DNA of 61,773 bases, the filler included, from Sphacelaria rigidula (Eukaryota), in NCBI GenBank assembly GCA_964200075.2. It is 6 parts of 6 records of this genome, joined end to end, with 100 filler letters (N's around TTAATTAATTAA, not from the genome) between each part and the next. Parts side by side here need not be neighbours in the genome. Positions count along the whole stretch, not along the records: positions 30,942 to 41,152 come from CAXNAA020006920.1; positions 41,253 to 51,463 come from CAXNAA020006921.1; 4 more parts are not named here. One strand, given 5' to 3'. The translations under genes were made by a program, and so were the position numbers. Shown piece after piece: positions 37,282-49,719 of the stretch. The notes beneath the pieces are model-generated. The model was given only the letters and a program-made list of their open reading frames with translations. It did not search any database and was not told where the DNA came from. Positions within the stretch are counted from its first letter, which is position 1. Each line of letters begins with the position of its first letter.

Positions 37282-37917
37282 CTAGCCCTGCCCCACGCCC
37301 ATCATCCCCCACCCGAGAACCAACACTAGCACGATCGTGACCCCGGACATGGCGGACAACACGCGGCCTCCCGCCCTCGGCACCGCCACAACAAAGCTGA
37401 GCAAGTCGCCGGCGGCGTGAAGAGGGTCGCGCCAGGCTTCCTCGACCCACCGGCGGCAGCGAGCAAAGAGGTCACGAGCTGCGTCGACGCTGCTCTCTAG
37501 CCGCTGCACCCCGTTGTCCGCCGTGTGTCTGAGTGTTGCCATCCACCATCCCAGAGCTGCCGGGACTCTGCGCCTGACAACGGCAAGCACGCAAACGACA
37601 ACCCGCCAGGCACCATTTACCACCGAGACGATGGTGAAAACGCTCATTCCTGCAAGCCACCCGAGAACGGCAGCCCCTGAAAGGCCAGTGAGCCCAGTCT
37701 CACGACCCAGGATGGCGAAGACGCCGCTCCCCGGGAACCGGTTCACCAGAATGAAGCCAGTGGCCGTGGCGATATGCTCCATGGCGGCCGTGAGATTGCG
37801 TGCGTTTGCCATGTTGATGTCGCCGTCCAGATCCACCATCACCCGATCGTCCAGCTCCCGGCGAGTGATGGCCGGAAGTGTGGCGTAGGACAAAATGAAG
37901 CTCCGCAACATCGTGCC
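37282..37917 (-). CDS. Unidentified protein (contig 4), long last exon with hydrophobic segments (may be a pseudogene)
   Basis: ctacag|GTMLRSFILSYATLPAITRRELDDRVMVDLDGD...AVLGWLAGMSVFTIVSVVNGAWRVVVCVLAVV...VTIVLVLVLGWGMMGVGQG*; 211 open codons, GC3-rich. Confidence 0.55.
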   Translation of the reverse strand, partial: GTMLRSFILSYATLPAITRRELDDRVMVDLDGDINMANARNLTAAMEHIATATGFILVNRFPGSGVFAILGRETGLTGLSGAAVLGWLAGMSVFTIVSVVNGAWRVVVCVLAVVRRRVPAALGWWMATLRHTADNGVQRLESSVDAARDLFARCRRWVEEAWRDPLHAAGDLLSFVVAVPRAGGRVLSAMSGVTIVLVLVLGWGMMGVGQG

Positions 37918-38842
37918 CTGTAGGTATTTATTGCATGTGTGCGATGTACACAGACAGTCAGAAGGAGAGCAGGAGCAGGGAGTTAGATTGTGTGATTTCG
38001 TCACGATATTGGATCAGGCAATCGGTGCAACACGTATCGCGTCCGAATCAACGTTGACCACACGAATAAATCACGCTAGAATCGAATTGGAGGTTGGTCA
38101 ACGTCAATTTGCTCGCTCACGTCGTCACCGAAATCAAGCCCTCCCTCCTCGGCAACACGCGCTGTGAAAGAATCGCTAGTCACCACCAGAGATGAAAGCG
38201 GCGTGGACATAACGAGAGACTGGCAGGTCAACAGTAACCCAACGTCAACTCTTCCAGCAGACGACGAGATTCGATCCGTTTGATCTAGCGAGAAACGCAC
38301 GTGATACCCTGTACCACACCACTACCCACTGCTGTAGAACAGTGCTCACTCGTCCAGATCATAAAAAAAGATACTGCTTCTGCACAAGAACAAGTTTTGG
38401 GTTCAACGACACCGGACAAATGAAAGCCAAACGCGAGCTCAATACTTCAATCAAACACTTCACATCACCCGAAATACCCCCGCAGATGCCCCTGGATAAA
38501 AGTAAGAGCGCGACATAGTAGAACTGGATAGATATTATTCCATGGTTCACGTGGCGATACCGATCCAGACGTTGGCTGCATGGTGTTTCTGTGGATTTGG
38601 TCTGAGCAGACAGCCAAACGCACGAACGAGACACATGTCCGTATTCGGTCGTCTCTCGGCACCCTCCCTCTGTTGTTGCCTCTCCTACTCGGTTTTTCCC
38701 CGAGCAATTGTCTCCCCCCATTCACCTCAGGTGTGTCTACCTTGTGACCACGCCGCGGCGAGATGTGCAGCAAATTAGCCAACGTGATGATATCGATCGA
38801 GGAAGCACCCTCTCGCACACCCATATGAACACACGAACACAC

Positions 38843-38954
38843 CTGGTATAGGGTGTAGCCCTCGGCGTTGTGGATATCCCCCAGGTGCAGCGTCATTGCC
38901 ACGATCTCTTCAGTCATACCACTGATCATATTAGCCCGCTTATCGAGACCGTCC
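38843..38954 (-). CDS. Unidentified protein (contig 4), internal exon
   Basis: caacag|g DGLDKRANMISGMTEEIVAMTLHLGDIHNAEGYTLYQ|gtgtgt; phase 2-0, matching both neighbours. Confidence 0.58.
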
Positions 38955-40916
38955 CTGTTGACGCACAAACAGCATTGCCGGAAGACAACAACAAAGTGAC
39001 CGGCAAGTCATCAGCTAAAAACCCGCGTGGAGCTTTCGTGTGGCTGTTCATTCCACGAGGATGGTCTGCAGCATATTTGGACCAGGCGATGTCTTGCTTG
39101 GAACGACCTTGAGAATTCTTAGTAAGGGTTTTGCTGGTTCAGTTACCGTAGACGGGTTCTAAAGCAAATATTGGATCAGAAAGAAGGAAACCACTCGACC
39201 CAGTGAACACGGTAGTCCGCTTTGGCGTGTTTTCGTACATGTTACACCGTTCGCATAGCTACGGCAAGCATCGGATAGCAGCGGCTGGAATTGCACACAG
39301 TAGGACCGGAACCACACGCAAGCGCAGATGCATGCAGTTGCTGCTGGGAAAAAACGCATGCGAGCTACATGCATCGCTACAAATGGAAAGGATGACGGTT
39401 TCAAAATTTCTTCGGAACAGCGTGAGTGATCACTCTTGCCGAAAGGATGAGAATTTTGACCGCGGGTAACCGTCGAACGGCTGGTGTAGAACCTGGTACG
39501 AAGTCGACGGGGAGCAAGAGTGTAAGACAGATATGTAGCATAGCATACTGGAACACAGATCGGTTGGTACCCCTGAACTACACTCGACTGCACTCGCCCT
39601 GGGGACGGGGTTGGAGAGGGAATCATTCAGAAGCACACCGACAGAAATCATAGAGCAACATCGAAGCATCCGTGTCATCGAGTTAGACCAACCAGAAGTA
39701 ACAGTGCTCGCAGTAGGTCCACTGAGGCAGTTGTGATCTCTATCCGTCAGCCGGTAATCGCACGATGGAATGTCTTGCCGCCGACCCCACCTCATGGTAT
39801 TTGATCACCCATGCGGCACAACGTTTCAACTCCCAATGGTGCTCTTACAAGACGTACATATAAATATACCGCACACATATCAACGCAACCAAGAACCCAA
39901 CACGCCCACTAACCACATAGGGAATCGAATCCGGAATCACCATGCATGTAACCCCACGCACTCGTTGTCCACAGCAATATCTCCTCAACAAGAACACTCC
40001 TCCCCCACACACGGTCAGTCTTCCGATAGCACTTGGTGTCTTCAGAAAAAGAGGAGAGTGAGCCAACTGTGGACAGAGATAAGTACGAAAGACTGCGTGC
40101 ACATTGACAGGTAGCTGATGCTGCCGTCGGTCTTGATTTTTCTAAACGATGTGCAACTGAGAGTTACAATCCTAGTCAGACTCAACAGCACATCAAAGAG
40201 AGCTTTCCTTTATTCTACAGTGGTGGGCGGTCTAACAATGCAGGGGTGGTATAATGTTGTCCTCGCATACTACTCTTCGATAGATTCGGAATTACTAGCG
40301 TCGGTAGATTTTTGGTCCAATAAACAGGTCATCCTCGAAACACAGTGCCCAAGTCAGTGCTAGTCGATCTTATCGGTCGATACGAATAAATACCCCGTTC
40401 ATCAGGAGGGTGTTATTGACAGCAAAGCACAGTTTTTCGGCTCTAGTGCAATGAGTAGGTAGAATTTCACAACACAAGAAGTGTACATTTCTTCACAAAC
40501 ATGATCGGAACAGGCTCGATCGATCGAGAATAGCGGAGAGTAAGAACCTGGGCTGAAACATGACAGGACCCCCGATGACCGGTCAGCCCGTAATTCACTC
40601 AATATTAAGCACAGATGATTTTTCTTTCTTCGAATGTGGATCGGACACAAAAATCTTCAGATCCCCAATGTGATAAGCGGTGGCAAGCGAAAAGAGCCCA
40701 AGAAAATTGCCTATCACGAAAAAATCACAAAATGCCACGAAATGAATAGTTAGACCGCCCACTACTGCAGGCACAACTCAGAGACAGAAATTGAACGCAC
40801 CCTACCCTCCTGCCCTACCAGTATACATAAACGTTTCACCTCAACGCGTTACACGTACACACCACCCATGGTTTGCTCGCATGCAAGAGAGGAGAAACAG
40901 CCAGCCATCCACCCAC

Positions 40917-40979
40917 CTCATGTCCTTGTTTTCCTCCGACACTTCGTCGACACGAGCTGTGGCGTCGGCCAGGTAAGCA
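40917..40979 (-). CDS. Unidentified protein (contig 4), internal exon
   Basis: gtgcag|t AYLADATARVDEVSEENKDM ag|gtgggt; phase 2-2. Confidence 0.55.
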
Positions 40980-41152
40980 CTGCACACGTCGAGCTGCGAT
41001 CGATGCACATGTTGGAAGAGAAATAGCGATGGGAGAACAGGATATACACGATGCGTTGAGTGCGGGAAACATCCGCACGGGGGGGGGGGGGGGGGGGGGT
41101 GTCGCATCTGTTCGCCCCGCGGCGCGGTGACGGCTCGCACCCACTCCTTACA

Positions 41153-41252
41153 NNNNNNNNNNNNNNNNNNNNNNNNNNNNNNNNNNNNNNNNNNNNTTAA
41201 TTAATTAANNNNNNNNNNNNNNNNNNNNNNNNNNNNNNNNNNNNNNNNNNNN
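41153..41252. other. Artificial contig linker
   Basis: Same N44-TTAATTAATTAA-N44 structure. Confidence 0.98.
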
Positions 41253-41446
41253 TACACAGACCTTGGGCCTGCTTGGACTAACGACCACTTCCAGATCCGC
41301 CGTATTCGTCAACCTGCGTGCAGATGTGGGATCCAATTTGTACAAAACTGCTTGTCGATAGGACTGGGGACTGATCGTTATGGAGCCAATCCCCTGTCAA
41401 AAGGGTATTGTGAAAAAGGGGATTATCCCTTCGTTAAGAAGGGCCC
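41253..41446 (+). mobile_element. Right end of the Harbinger-like MITE family at the start of contig 5
   Basis: Collinear with ~9500-9693. Confidence 0.75.
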
Positions 41447-41998
41447 TGAAAAGGAGGAGCCGACCTTATTCGTTGGACAGGGATATTCGACAATGTCGAG
41501 ACGCTATACCGATCATAGCAGCAAGAGCTGCGGTTGACGAATAGTCCCTCTGCGCGACACGCTTTCAGGAAATCGCTCGGTATCCCGAGCCCGGATAGTT
41601 AGTTATCACACTGTGAGGGCTAGTCCGTTCGTTAGTCGAAATATCCTGTCGAGTGGCTCGCAGGAGAGGAGGGACAGATGGACGTGGTTTTCGACTACAG
41701 CAGAACAGCAGGACGGCGTGCGGGTTGGACATGATGACTACAGATCACGTGCAGCGCCGCCCCCGACGTCAATTCAATAGCTGTTTCCGGTCGACGCGAT
41801 TCTAGAGGCATCGGCCAGGAGCAGCGTGCTACACCAGTGAACCTCTCATTTCCATGGCTTAGCACTAGACGAAGCACACAGCGTGGACCTACACTAGTCT
41901 CGATACAACCCAATTCCGGTACGCAAATCCGGCACCCTTTACAAAGAAGATGAGGCAAAAATACCACCACAGTTTGCCTTTAAAATGTGTTACGTCAC

Positions 41999-42132
41999 CT
42001 GCTGCACGCCTGGGACTCCGAAGGTATTGTTGCGGGCTCCGGTGGCTATGACGAGATAGTCGTAGTTGAGGTCATGCTCCGTGCCCTTGTAAAACGCCTC
42101 GCAACGCACTACCTTCGCATTGAAATCCACGC
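41999..42132 (-). CDS. NDH-2, exon
   Basis: ccag|(G)VDFNAKVVRCEAFYKGTEHDLNYDYLVIATGARNNTFGVPGVQQ|gtgacg; YDYLVIATG..NTFG.PGV motif. Confidence 0.95.
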
Positions 42133-42619
42133 CTGGTGTGTATGGGAGACATATTGTGGCGTCACTTTAAATACATTGAAGGTGCGGCACGAACCTATCG
42201 CTCCGACATAAAAGCACATTCACCCCTTCAAAGCTCAGCACTTGATTTTGATTTGATTGATTGATTGATTGTCGCACTTTAACTGACCCCCCAGGGGTCC
42301 AGCCGTGGTCTCATGATAGACGTACGTACCCAACAAAAACGAAACTGAAACACGCTCTGAGGAAAAGAAGGAATAGAAAAAAAAAGAAAAGGGTCGAACA
42401 GAAGGACATAGCAGACCAAGTCATAACAAAAAAAAAGGTAAGAAAAAAGTCAACAAAAGCAAAGCACATAAAAAAAAGGGCCGACCTAAAACAAGAAAAA
42501 AAAGGCAAAGGAGAGGAAAGTACAGGGCAAATAAAATAAACTACAATAAAACGATGAAAAAAAAAAAAAAGTAGCCCTATGATTGGAAAATGACCCCTAC
42601 TATCCTTCGCCCCGCGTCT

Positions 42620-42958
42620 GACATATTCCCTCTGCCCCGCGCCTTCACACTCTCATCTCTGTCCCTTCGTCGGGACGAAGTCCGTGGTCTCAAGGGATTA
42701 ACCCATCTCTCCCCCGGTGCCGCCTTACGCTTTGGTATCGTAAATTGGATCATGACTATCAGCAGTCCCGCACCGCGGTGACTCCCGTCGAGTGAGCACT
42801 TGTTGCTACTCATGTACGTCCTCACGTACGTCCTCACTTTTTCGACGACGAAAATCGGACGCATCTCAAAAAACAACCCGAAAATTTAACCTCCACGGAA
42901 TCGAATCCATATTCTTGCGACCTAATGGCATTCAATTGTGCAACAAGGTCCGGCATAG
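42620..42958 (-). mobile_element. tRNA-derived SINE, family A, copy 1
   Basis: Minus-strand B-box-like GATTCGATTCC; the body (GTGGTCTCAAGGGAT.AACC.ATCTCTCCCC...CCGCACCGCG) is shared with 46910-47045. Confidence 0.55.
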
Positions 42959-43055
42959 ACATGAGAATTGAAACTACCTGGGAGTGTTGTCGCGATGTAC
43001 GATCAGATTCTCGGCTTTACAAAAGTACTGTGCTAGGGTTCTTTCATCTAATCCT

Positions 43056-43104
43056 CCCGTGTGACATCTCCCCCGTGTGACATCTCCCCCGTGTGACATC
43101 TCCC
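43056..43104. repeat. 16-bp tandem repeat, three copies (GTGTGACATCTCCCCC)
   Basis: Directly visible. Confidence 0.9.
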
Positions 43105-43151
43105 ATGAACATGTCCAATGAAGATGATCAACGGTGGGTTTGTAGCCTCAC

Positions 43152-43213
43152 CCGTGCAATGGGCTTGCAGGTAGTGAAGACCTTTGATCGTCCTGACTGG
43201 CTCCTGAATGCAC
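43152..43213 (-). CDS. NDH-2, exon
   Basis: catag|g CIQEPVRTIKGLHYLQAHCT g|gtgagg; phases match both neighbours (LEFR-CIQEP). Confidence 0.93.
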
Positions 43214-43538
43214 CTATGGGACACCGTCAAAGGCAACACATTTTCGGTCGGCAAAACGTGGGTATGCTTCGGAATAATTGTGTCTCAAAGCTCAGCATTA
43301 TTAAGTGACGAGAGGTTGGCCACAAGATGGGATGCACTGTACTCTTACTCTACTGGTTGCAACATTGATTAGATTGTATCACATACCACTCGAGGCTCGA
43401 TATCGCCTTCATGATGAACCTCCTCGTGATTATAGCAATGTCTTGGAAACACGACAGAAGAAAATGACTTGGATGCACGTCAGAACCAGTGACGGCGAAT
43501 AGATGGGTCAAACACACTCTAAAACCGAGAGGAAATAG

Positions 43539-43877
43539 CCTGGATCCGTTTTCGAGGTTCAACATTTTGGTGAGGTTCAACTCGAAAACAATGCTCTCCC
43601 TGACCTAAAGTCATGACCAATGAATTTCATATGGACGACCTCATGCCCCCCGACCTCCTTAAAACTATTTTTGGGGGTTGCCCGTCTTCCGTGTCCCCAA
43701 AGCGTATATGGGAAAGCACCAATTTTGGGCTAAAAAGTCCCCCAAAAATAGTTTTAAGGAGGTCGCGGGGCATGAGGTCGTCCATATAGAATTCATTGGT
43801 CATGACTTTAGGTCAGGGTGAGCACTGTTTTCGAGTTGAACCTCACCCCAATATTGAACCTCAAAAACGGATCGAGG
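43539..43877. mobile_element. Fold-back MITE with ~138-bp TIRs in an NDH-2 intron
   Basis: 43539-43677 is an imperfect reverse complement of 43739-43877 (e.g. CCCTGACCTAAAGTCATGACCAATGAAT / ATTCATTGGTCATGACTTTAGGTCAGGG). Confidence 0.88.
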
Positions 43878-44972
43878 TGGTTAGTACAGTACTCGAAGGC
43901 GAACCGCCAGTGATGCTTACTGCAGCACATATACGGCAACCGATTGAATGATCGATTGTCGTACATTTGTTGATCCGCTACAAATCCAGACATGGTCATT
44001 ATCCACCCGATGGGCGTACCCAAGGTAACTAACGGAAACACCCACTCAAGGAATGTCGAGAAGAGAAGGCATGGAGAGAAAAGGAGGGGGGAACAAGCAG
44101 AGCAGACTGAAAAAAAGAAGGAAAAAGAAAGACGAAACACACAGAACGGCGTTTTTCTTTTTTTCCCAACCACGGCAGATGTTTCGCCGTGGGTACGGGG
44201 CTATAAACGATTGTGCACGTTGGGTGTGCACAGCGTAAGTACCAGGTACGCAGCACGTCTGCTACGTGTGCTCGTATCATGCAGTCGACACGTGTTACCT
44301 AACGCCGCGGCGGAGCGAGAGAAGACGCGATGGAAAATAAAACGCTGCCGGTCACGTGGAGCTTGCCGCGGGTGAAAATGCGCTACTGCAGCCAGACGAC
44401 TCAAGGCAAAGGGGTAGTGCAGCTCAAAACACAGAAGGATGTGATAGGGTACGTAAACGGGGGGTAGTGCCTATAATTGGAGGTGCACCGACACACTTGA
44501 CCGTCTCGGTGCTGAACATCGCAACGGTAACCAATTTTGGGTGGCGTTTAGTCACGCAGACATACCTGAAACTTGACTCGTTACCACATACTTTCAGTGA
44601 AAGACAAGATTATCAGAGCATGTCTTTTCTCGGGACAGAAACAAACTGTTTTCTCAGATCCAGTTTGTTATTCACACCGTTGATTGGTCGATGCAGTACC
44701 TCTCACCCCCCAGAACGATTGCAAACATCTGCTCGCGAAAAGCTATTTGGGGAAGTTTTGTGGATATCTTAAGCTCATTGTGCACAAAGGGACAAATTTC
44801 TCGAAGGGAAGCACAAAAGCTACAATCGCAGGGCGCATGTGAAGATAATACAACCTAGCACAGCCGCAGATAAAGCTGAGGGAGCCCCACTGCCCTCACT
44901 TTCACAAAAACATGAAGCTCGAGCCGTAGCTGTCGATCGGCGGAGTGCGTGGCGCTTGGCTTTGGTGGAACC

Positions 44973-46697
44973 TAGAGATGCAATTCGTTACAAAAATTGC
45001 CGACGGGTCGTGTTTACAGATTGGGGACATGATCCGGATAAAATCCGTGGACTTAGCATTCCGGCTGATATCCGGATATCCGTGGGAACCCGTCATATTT
45101 TTTCCAAGACAATTTTCGTTTTTGTCGGTGGATTGTCGGATTTGAACGTATCCATGGATTTGTGGGCGTACACCATCAGGTGTTCGGGGCGCAGCACACA
45201 TATTCCTCGGCCTTGCTGTCTTGTGAGCGGGGTAGGAGCATCGCAGCATGGCTGATCGAGGCGACAAATGGAAAAATCTCCAGGACATCATGACATGTAT
45301 CTAATCCACATGATGACCCACTACCTGGCATATCGGCAGCGAATTGTTGAAATTTCCGTACGTTACCCCCATGACAACAGCAACATGACGACAACGATAG
45401 GCCTTGGCGTTATGTCACAACCATGCGCTACTTGAAGACATGGACGAATGCACAAGCCGACTATCTAGAACCATTCGTGCCTATTATGATATGCGGCTGT
45501 GGCAAAACATAACTCCAGGCCAGCAAATCACAGCTCGCTGTTGAGTGGACGCCACGAGTCCGTTACGACTGTCTTCTACTGGAGCTACTTCTGCGCTGTG
45601 TTGATGCGCAGAAGATCGGGTGCTCGCAATGTGTATCTACTCAATCTTAGCCAGAGCAAGCAGCCCCTTCCTGTGCCCAAGAGCCCCTCAGAAACATCAA
45701 CGTCCCCAGGCGCTCGGACTCAAGCCTGTTGCATCCCTGGGACATGATTCCACCCCTCTTCCAAAGCATGCGTTCCGACCAAGGTGACGATGGGGCACGG
45801 CTAGGGCGCCGCGGGCCACGTAGACCATCAGCGGGTAGTTGTGGGCGCCCCGCCTGCCCCCACTCCAGGGGTATTACGGTCCTCAACAAGGAGAGGCTGC
45901 AAGGCCACTTCGAAGGAACCCTTCATTTCTGTCTCCCATTGTATCTTGTCAACCTCCGCCCGCTTTGTCGGGGCTTCACACGTTGAGATGTCCGTACTGA
46001 CACCAGGCGCCTCGGTGAGGTATTGTGTGATGGAGCTCATCTTATTCTCGCCCTGGGCGTCAATCTCGTGCACCTTTCTTCTCCACGTGTTCGAGAGGCA
46101 ACGCACCATGCGGTCAATCAAATTGTCCGTCGAGCACCTCCACTTGTAGTCAATTTTTTTCTTGCGGCCATCCACTTTCTAGAAAAGCCAGCTCATGGGT
46201 TTCTATCATCCTCTCCGCGAAGAAATCCCCCATAACTGCACGAGAGGCCGTGGTAGTATTAGCGGTGACCCTCGGGTGATTCTTCGGGTTGATGTGACCC
46301 GTGCCGCGTGACACCAACGCTATAACGACTTCGCTTGCGTGAGACCTCTGGCCGTCAGACCTCTGTCTTACCGCCCTAGGAATGTTGGCATCCACCTCAG
46401 ACGCGACCCCGCGGCGATGCGAAGCTGCAAGTTGGGAAAAAGTGCTGACTGATACTCTACTGTACTGTACTGCTGGATCTCGGGGAGCGTGTGTATATAC
46501 TGGCCAGGCGACCTTAAAAAGCGGGGAAATCCGCGGACCCGCCGGATTCAGCCTGATGGATCACAGAGTGCCGTGGTCACTTCGTATCCGGATTGAAATC
46601 CGGAGGCATGCACGAATTTATCAAGAGGGATCAATCGAATATCCGAGTTGGGCAAACCCGGATCAATCCGTCGAGTGCGGATCGGATCGCATCTCTA
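44973..46697. mobile_element. Putative hAT element with ATCCG-rich subterminal repeats, carrying nested sequence
   Basis: TIR TAGAGATGCAATTCG versus reverse complement TAGAGATGCGATCCG; flanks GTGGAACC / GTCGAATC (6/8 match, possible decayed TSD). Confidence 0.45.
45650..46430 (-). mobile_element. Possible decayed non-LTR retrotransposon 3' region
   Basis: Coding-like frameshifted stretch (…VALQPLLVEDRN…, …LWKRGGIMSQGCNRLE…) loosely resembling the zinc-knuckle region of RLE-type LINEs. Confidence 0.3.
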
Positions 46698-46859
46698 GTC
46701 GAATCTATTTGAAACTCATCGACATACGATGATTTACGTCAAGCGCGCGCCGAATACATCGACGCAAAGGGAAGCCATGGCACGCTCTCAGTAGCACAAA
46801 TCACACGTACGCGGTCTCCCCAAACGTGTTGTTGTGTGTGTTTTCATCCCATCCATTCT

Positions 46860-47200
46860 GAACACCAGTCTACACCCTTGGATATATATATATATATATA
46901 TTTATTTTCCTCACACTTTGAACTCCTCCCCTCCCTCGGGATGAGTCTGTGGTCTCAAGGGATCAACCAATCTCTCCCCTGGTACGTGCCTTTCATTTTA
47001 GTCTCGCGGATTGGGTCAGCACTTCCGCACCGCGTCAACTCACGTCACACAAACCCAGTCGACTTTGTTTACTCACGTTCTCACGCTTTCCACGGTGGAA
47101 ATCATGCATTACGAAGAAAAAACGCAACGCATCGGAAATCGAACCCCCGTTCTTTCCACCTTAAAGGCGACAGTCGGACCATCATACCACCGGGGCGCGG
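46860..47200 (-). mobile_element. tRNA-derived SINE, family A, copy 2
   Basis: Minus strand GTGGTATGATGG (A box) ... GGTTCGATTTCC (B box), followed by the body shared with 42640-42790. Confidence 0.6.
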
Positions 47201-47204
47201 CGAT

Positions 47205-47519
47205 ATATGTGGGCATATAGGCTGGGGTTACATGGGAGGACGGTCAACAACACAGGACTTGTTTTGCACTCTTGTTTGCTACTCCACGTTCCTTCTGCGG
47301 TGCTTGCCTCACTTTTTATCGCGAGAGGGGTTCAGCGGTCCCTTTCCCTCGTCGGCCATGAGTCGAATTTCATGTACCCACGACATAGCAGCTCTCCACT
47401 GTTGGGCGTTGTGTAAGAAAAAAAAAAACAGTTTGAGTGATTTGGCCGTGATTCGAACGCACATTTCAAACCGTCAGGAGGATTCGAGAATACCACCTGA
47501 GCCACCTAGGCGACCGGCT
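47205..47519 (-). mobile_element. tRNA-derived SINE, family B, copy 1
   Basis: Minus strand GTGGCTCAGGTGG (A box) ... CGTTCGAATC (B box); body collinear with 51883-52215. Confidence 0.7.
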
Positions 47520-48775
47520 GGTACATTACGAGTTTCCTTCCAACAAAGATTGCCGTGAGTAGACCATCAAGGACTACGGCTAGAGCTCATGCGCGTGTGG
47601 CGGGTACCTGTGCTTGTATGGTGGTGCCTTTGCATGCCTTTTCGGGGCTCGGTTACTGTGCTGCACTTCCTCGTCGTGCTTTTTGATACCAGTTCAGAGA
47701 CATCGAATCCACAAACACCCGTTTGTATCTCTTGCTTGGATTTGGACGATGACCAAAAATCCTTTCCGTCAAGACGTACACGTGGTCGCTGTAGGCGTTA
47801 CTCCCTGGGCAAGCTCATTCTGCAGCGTGTGTTTTTCGTGTCGATGAGAGGAGACACGTTGTTAGACACGTTGTCGGCGTCGCACACATGGAAAAGCTGG
47901 AAATGACACGCGCGGTTGAGTATTTCGTTTTATCTCGCGCAGGGACCAGTACAACACGTGTCAGTCCGGGCAGATACAAGGCAGTGGAGTAGTAAGCCCC
48001 CAAAGCAGTAGCCTCAGTCAAGCGCACATCCACCAGCATCACCATTCAGCAACAACGATGCACACACTGCATATTGGCATGGGCGCAACCTGCAAGCGGC
48101 GCTGCACTGTAATGGTGGTGGCGCTTGCTTCGTGGTACCTACATGCCGCATCCGTGAATTGGGCAAAAAACATCACTTGGACACGCACATCCTTTCGTAA
48201 GAGGCTTGTCTTTAAACGGAGAATGACAACAGACAACACAGGCAACAGTATGGGCATGCACTGTGGGATGGATGTGGCTTAGCACTTTATGTCAAAAAGC
48301 CCAGCGTCAACGTCGAACAATGAAAATTGATTTACAAACATGACTCGCAGCATGAGCGACATTTGATGAAAGGAACACGTCCTTCGTAGGAGCATAGGGT
48401 CCGTTAATTTGCACGACCATCGCTACGTGCCCTTTCTTGGTATGGAAGATGACTGCACCTACCAAACACGGCGCAGAATACACGCGTATCCTACCCTACG
48501 GCGATCGCGGTGCAAGAGAACAACGGGCGACAGGACGGGACTGTTCGATAAAATATTCCGAAACGTAGCCTCACGGTCAAACGGTGAAAAGCTATTTTTT
48601 TCCTGAAGGATTGGCATGTGTGTGTGTCTCCCATCACGTGCATCGACGGTCCAAGGATAGACGACCGAGGCGCACTACAATTCCCCCCCGTCTGCATGAT
48701 AAACACATGAAACAAAAGCGAGGTCTACAGATTAGAAAATTAGCGGATGTACAGTTTGTTTGTAGTCGCACCGAC

Positions 48776-48884
48776 CTGAACTCCAGTGTGCCCACGGTAG
48801 TTGACGGAAGTAGTGGGGTGAAGAGGAAGTGGTTGCGTGGACTGACGACAGTCACATCGTACTTCTGCTTGTCAATCTCGCGGG
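48776..48884 (-). CDS. Type II (alternative) NADH:quinone oxidoreductase NDH-2, exon
   Basis: (A)[35 protein letters not shown](R), the diagnostic NDH-2 motif; ttccag / gtcggt boundaries. Confidence 0.95.
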
Positions 48885-49719
48885 CTGGAACAGGCGGGCG
48901 CATGAAGGTGCAACAAAGAAGCGACGATGGATTGCGACTGCGGGTTACTGATCGTGGTTCCCAAACACGCTACACCGTGTGCCTCGAGTAGGCCTGTGGC
49001 GGTAGGAGGAGAGAAGATACAATCCTATCGCCATGTATCTTCATGTGTATGCATTGTCGAATCACATGTATACAACGCCTTCGGAGATTCATATTATCCG
49101 CCATGTACATGAAAGCTGTCATACATCGCGCATATCGGTCTATCAGTAGTATACACGTGGTCATATTTCCATTTGTTGCATGATCACACACCGTCGGAAA
49201 CGGTCACAATATTCCCGTAAGAACAGTCATTTTTATTATCAAGATAGCGGACATAATGTTGAATTATGACACTGTAGACTTTTGAACTGTATGCTGCAGA
49301 GGCAGAACATTAAACAGGCAACAACGCAATACGGACCCGGCAGCAGGCATCAGCGGTGAGCAATCAGCGATCAACTACTATTGAAAATACCGAAAACTAT
49401 CTGTAAGTTCGTGGTTTTGACGTCAATTCTTTATATTTCAGAATTAAACATTCTCACACGAAGGTCATATCCTCTCTGTGGCCATACATGCGTCATATCC
49501 CAACGCTGTGTGTCGTATCCTCTCGTGCCGACGTATAGATCTATAGCAACAGCAACAGGAGTAGTCGGCTTGCGATCTTCTCTAAGGCCTTCCTAGATGA
49601 GAATACGTACATCGTGCACCACTGACGCCCGCTCTAGATCTGAGAGGCTAGGATCAGATCATCGCTCAGCCGGCCTCTGCGGACAACCCAAATGAATAGT
49701 ACGGAAGAATCCGGGCTGT

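Noticed and set aside
46836-47558. 240-aa plus-strand ORF
   Set aside because: It runs antisense through two SINE copies and a TA microsatellite inside an NDH-2 intron.
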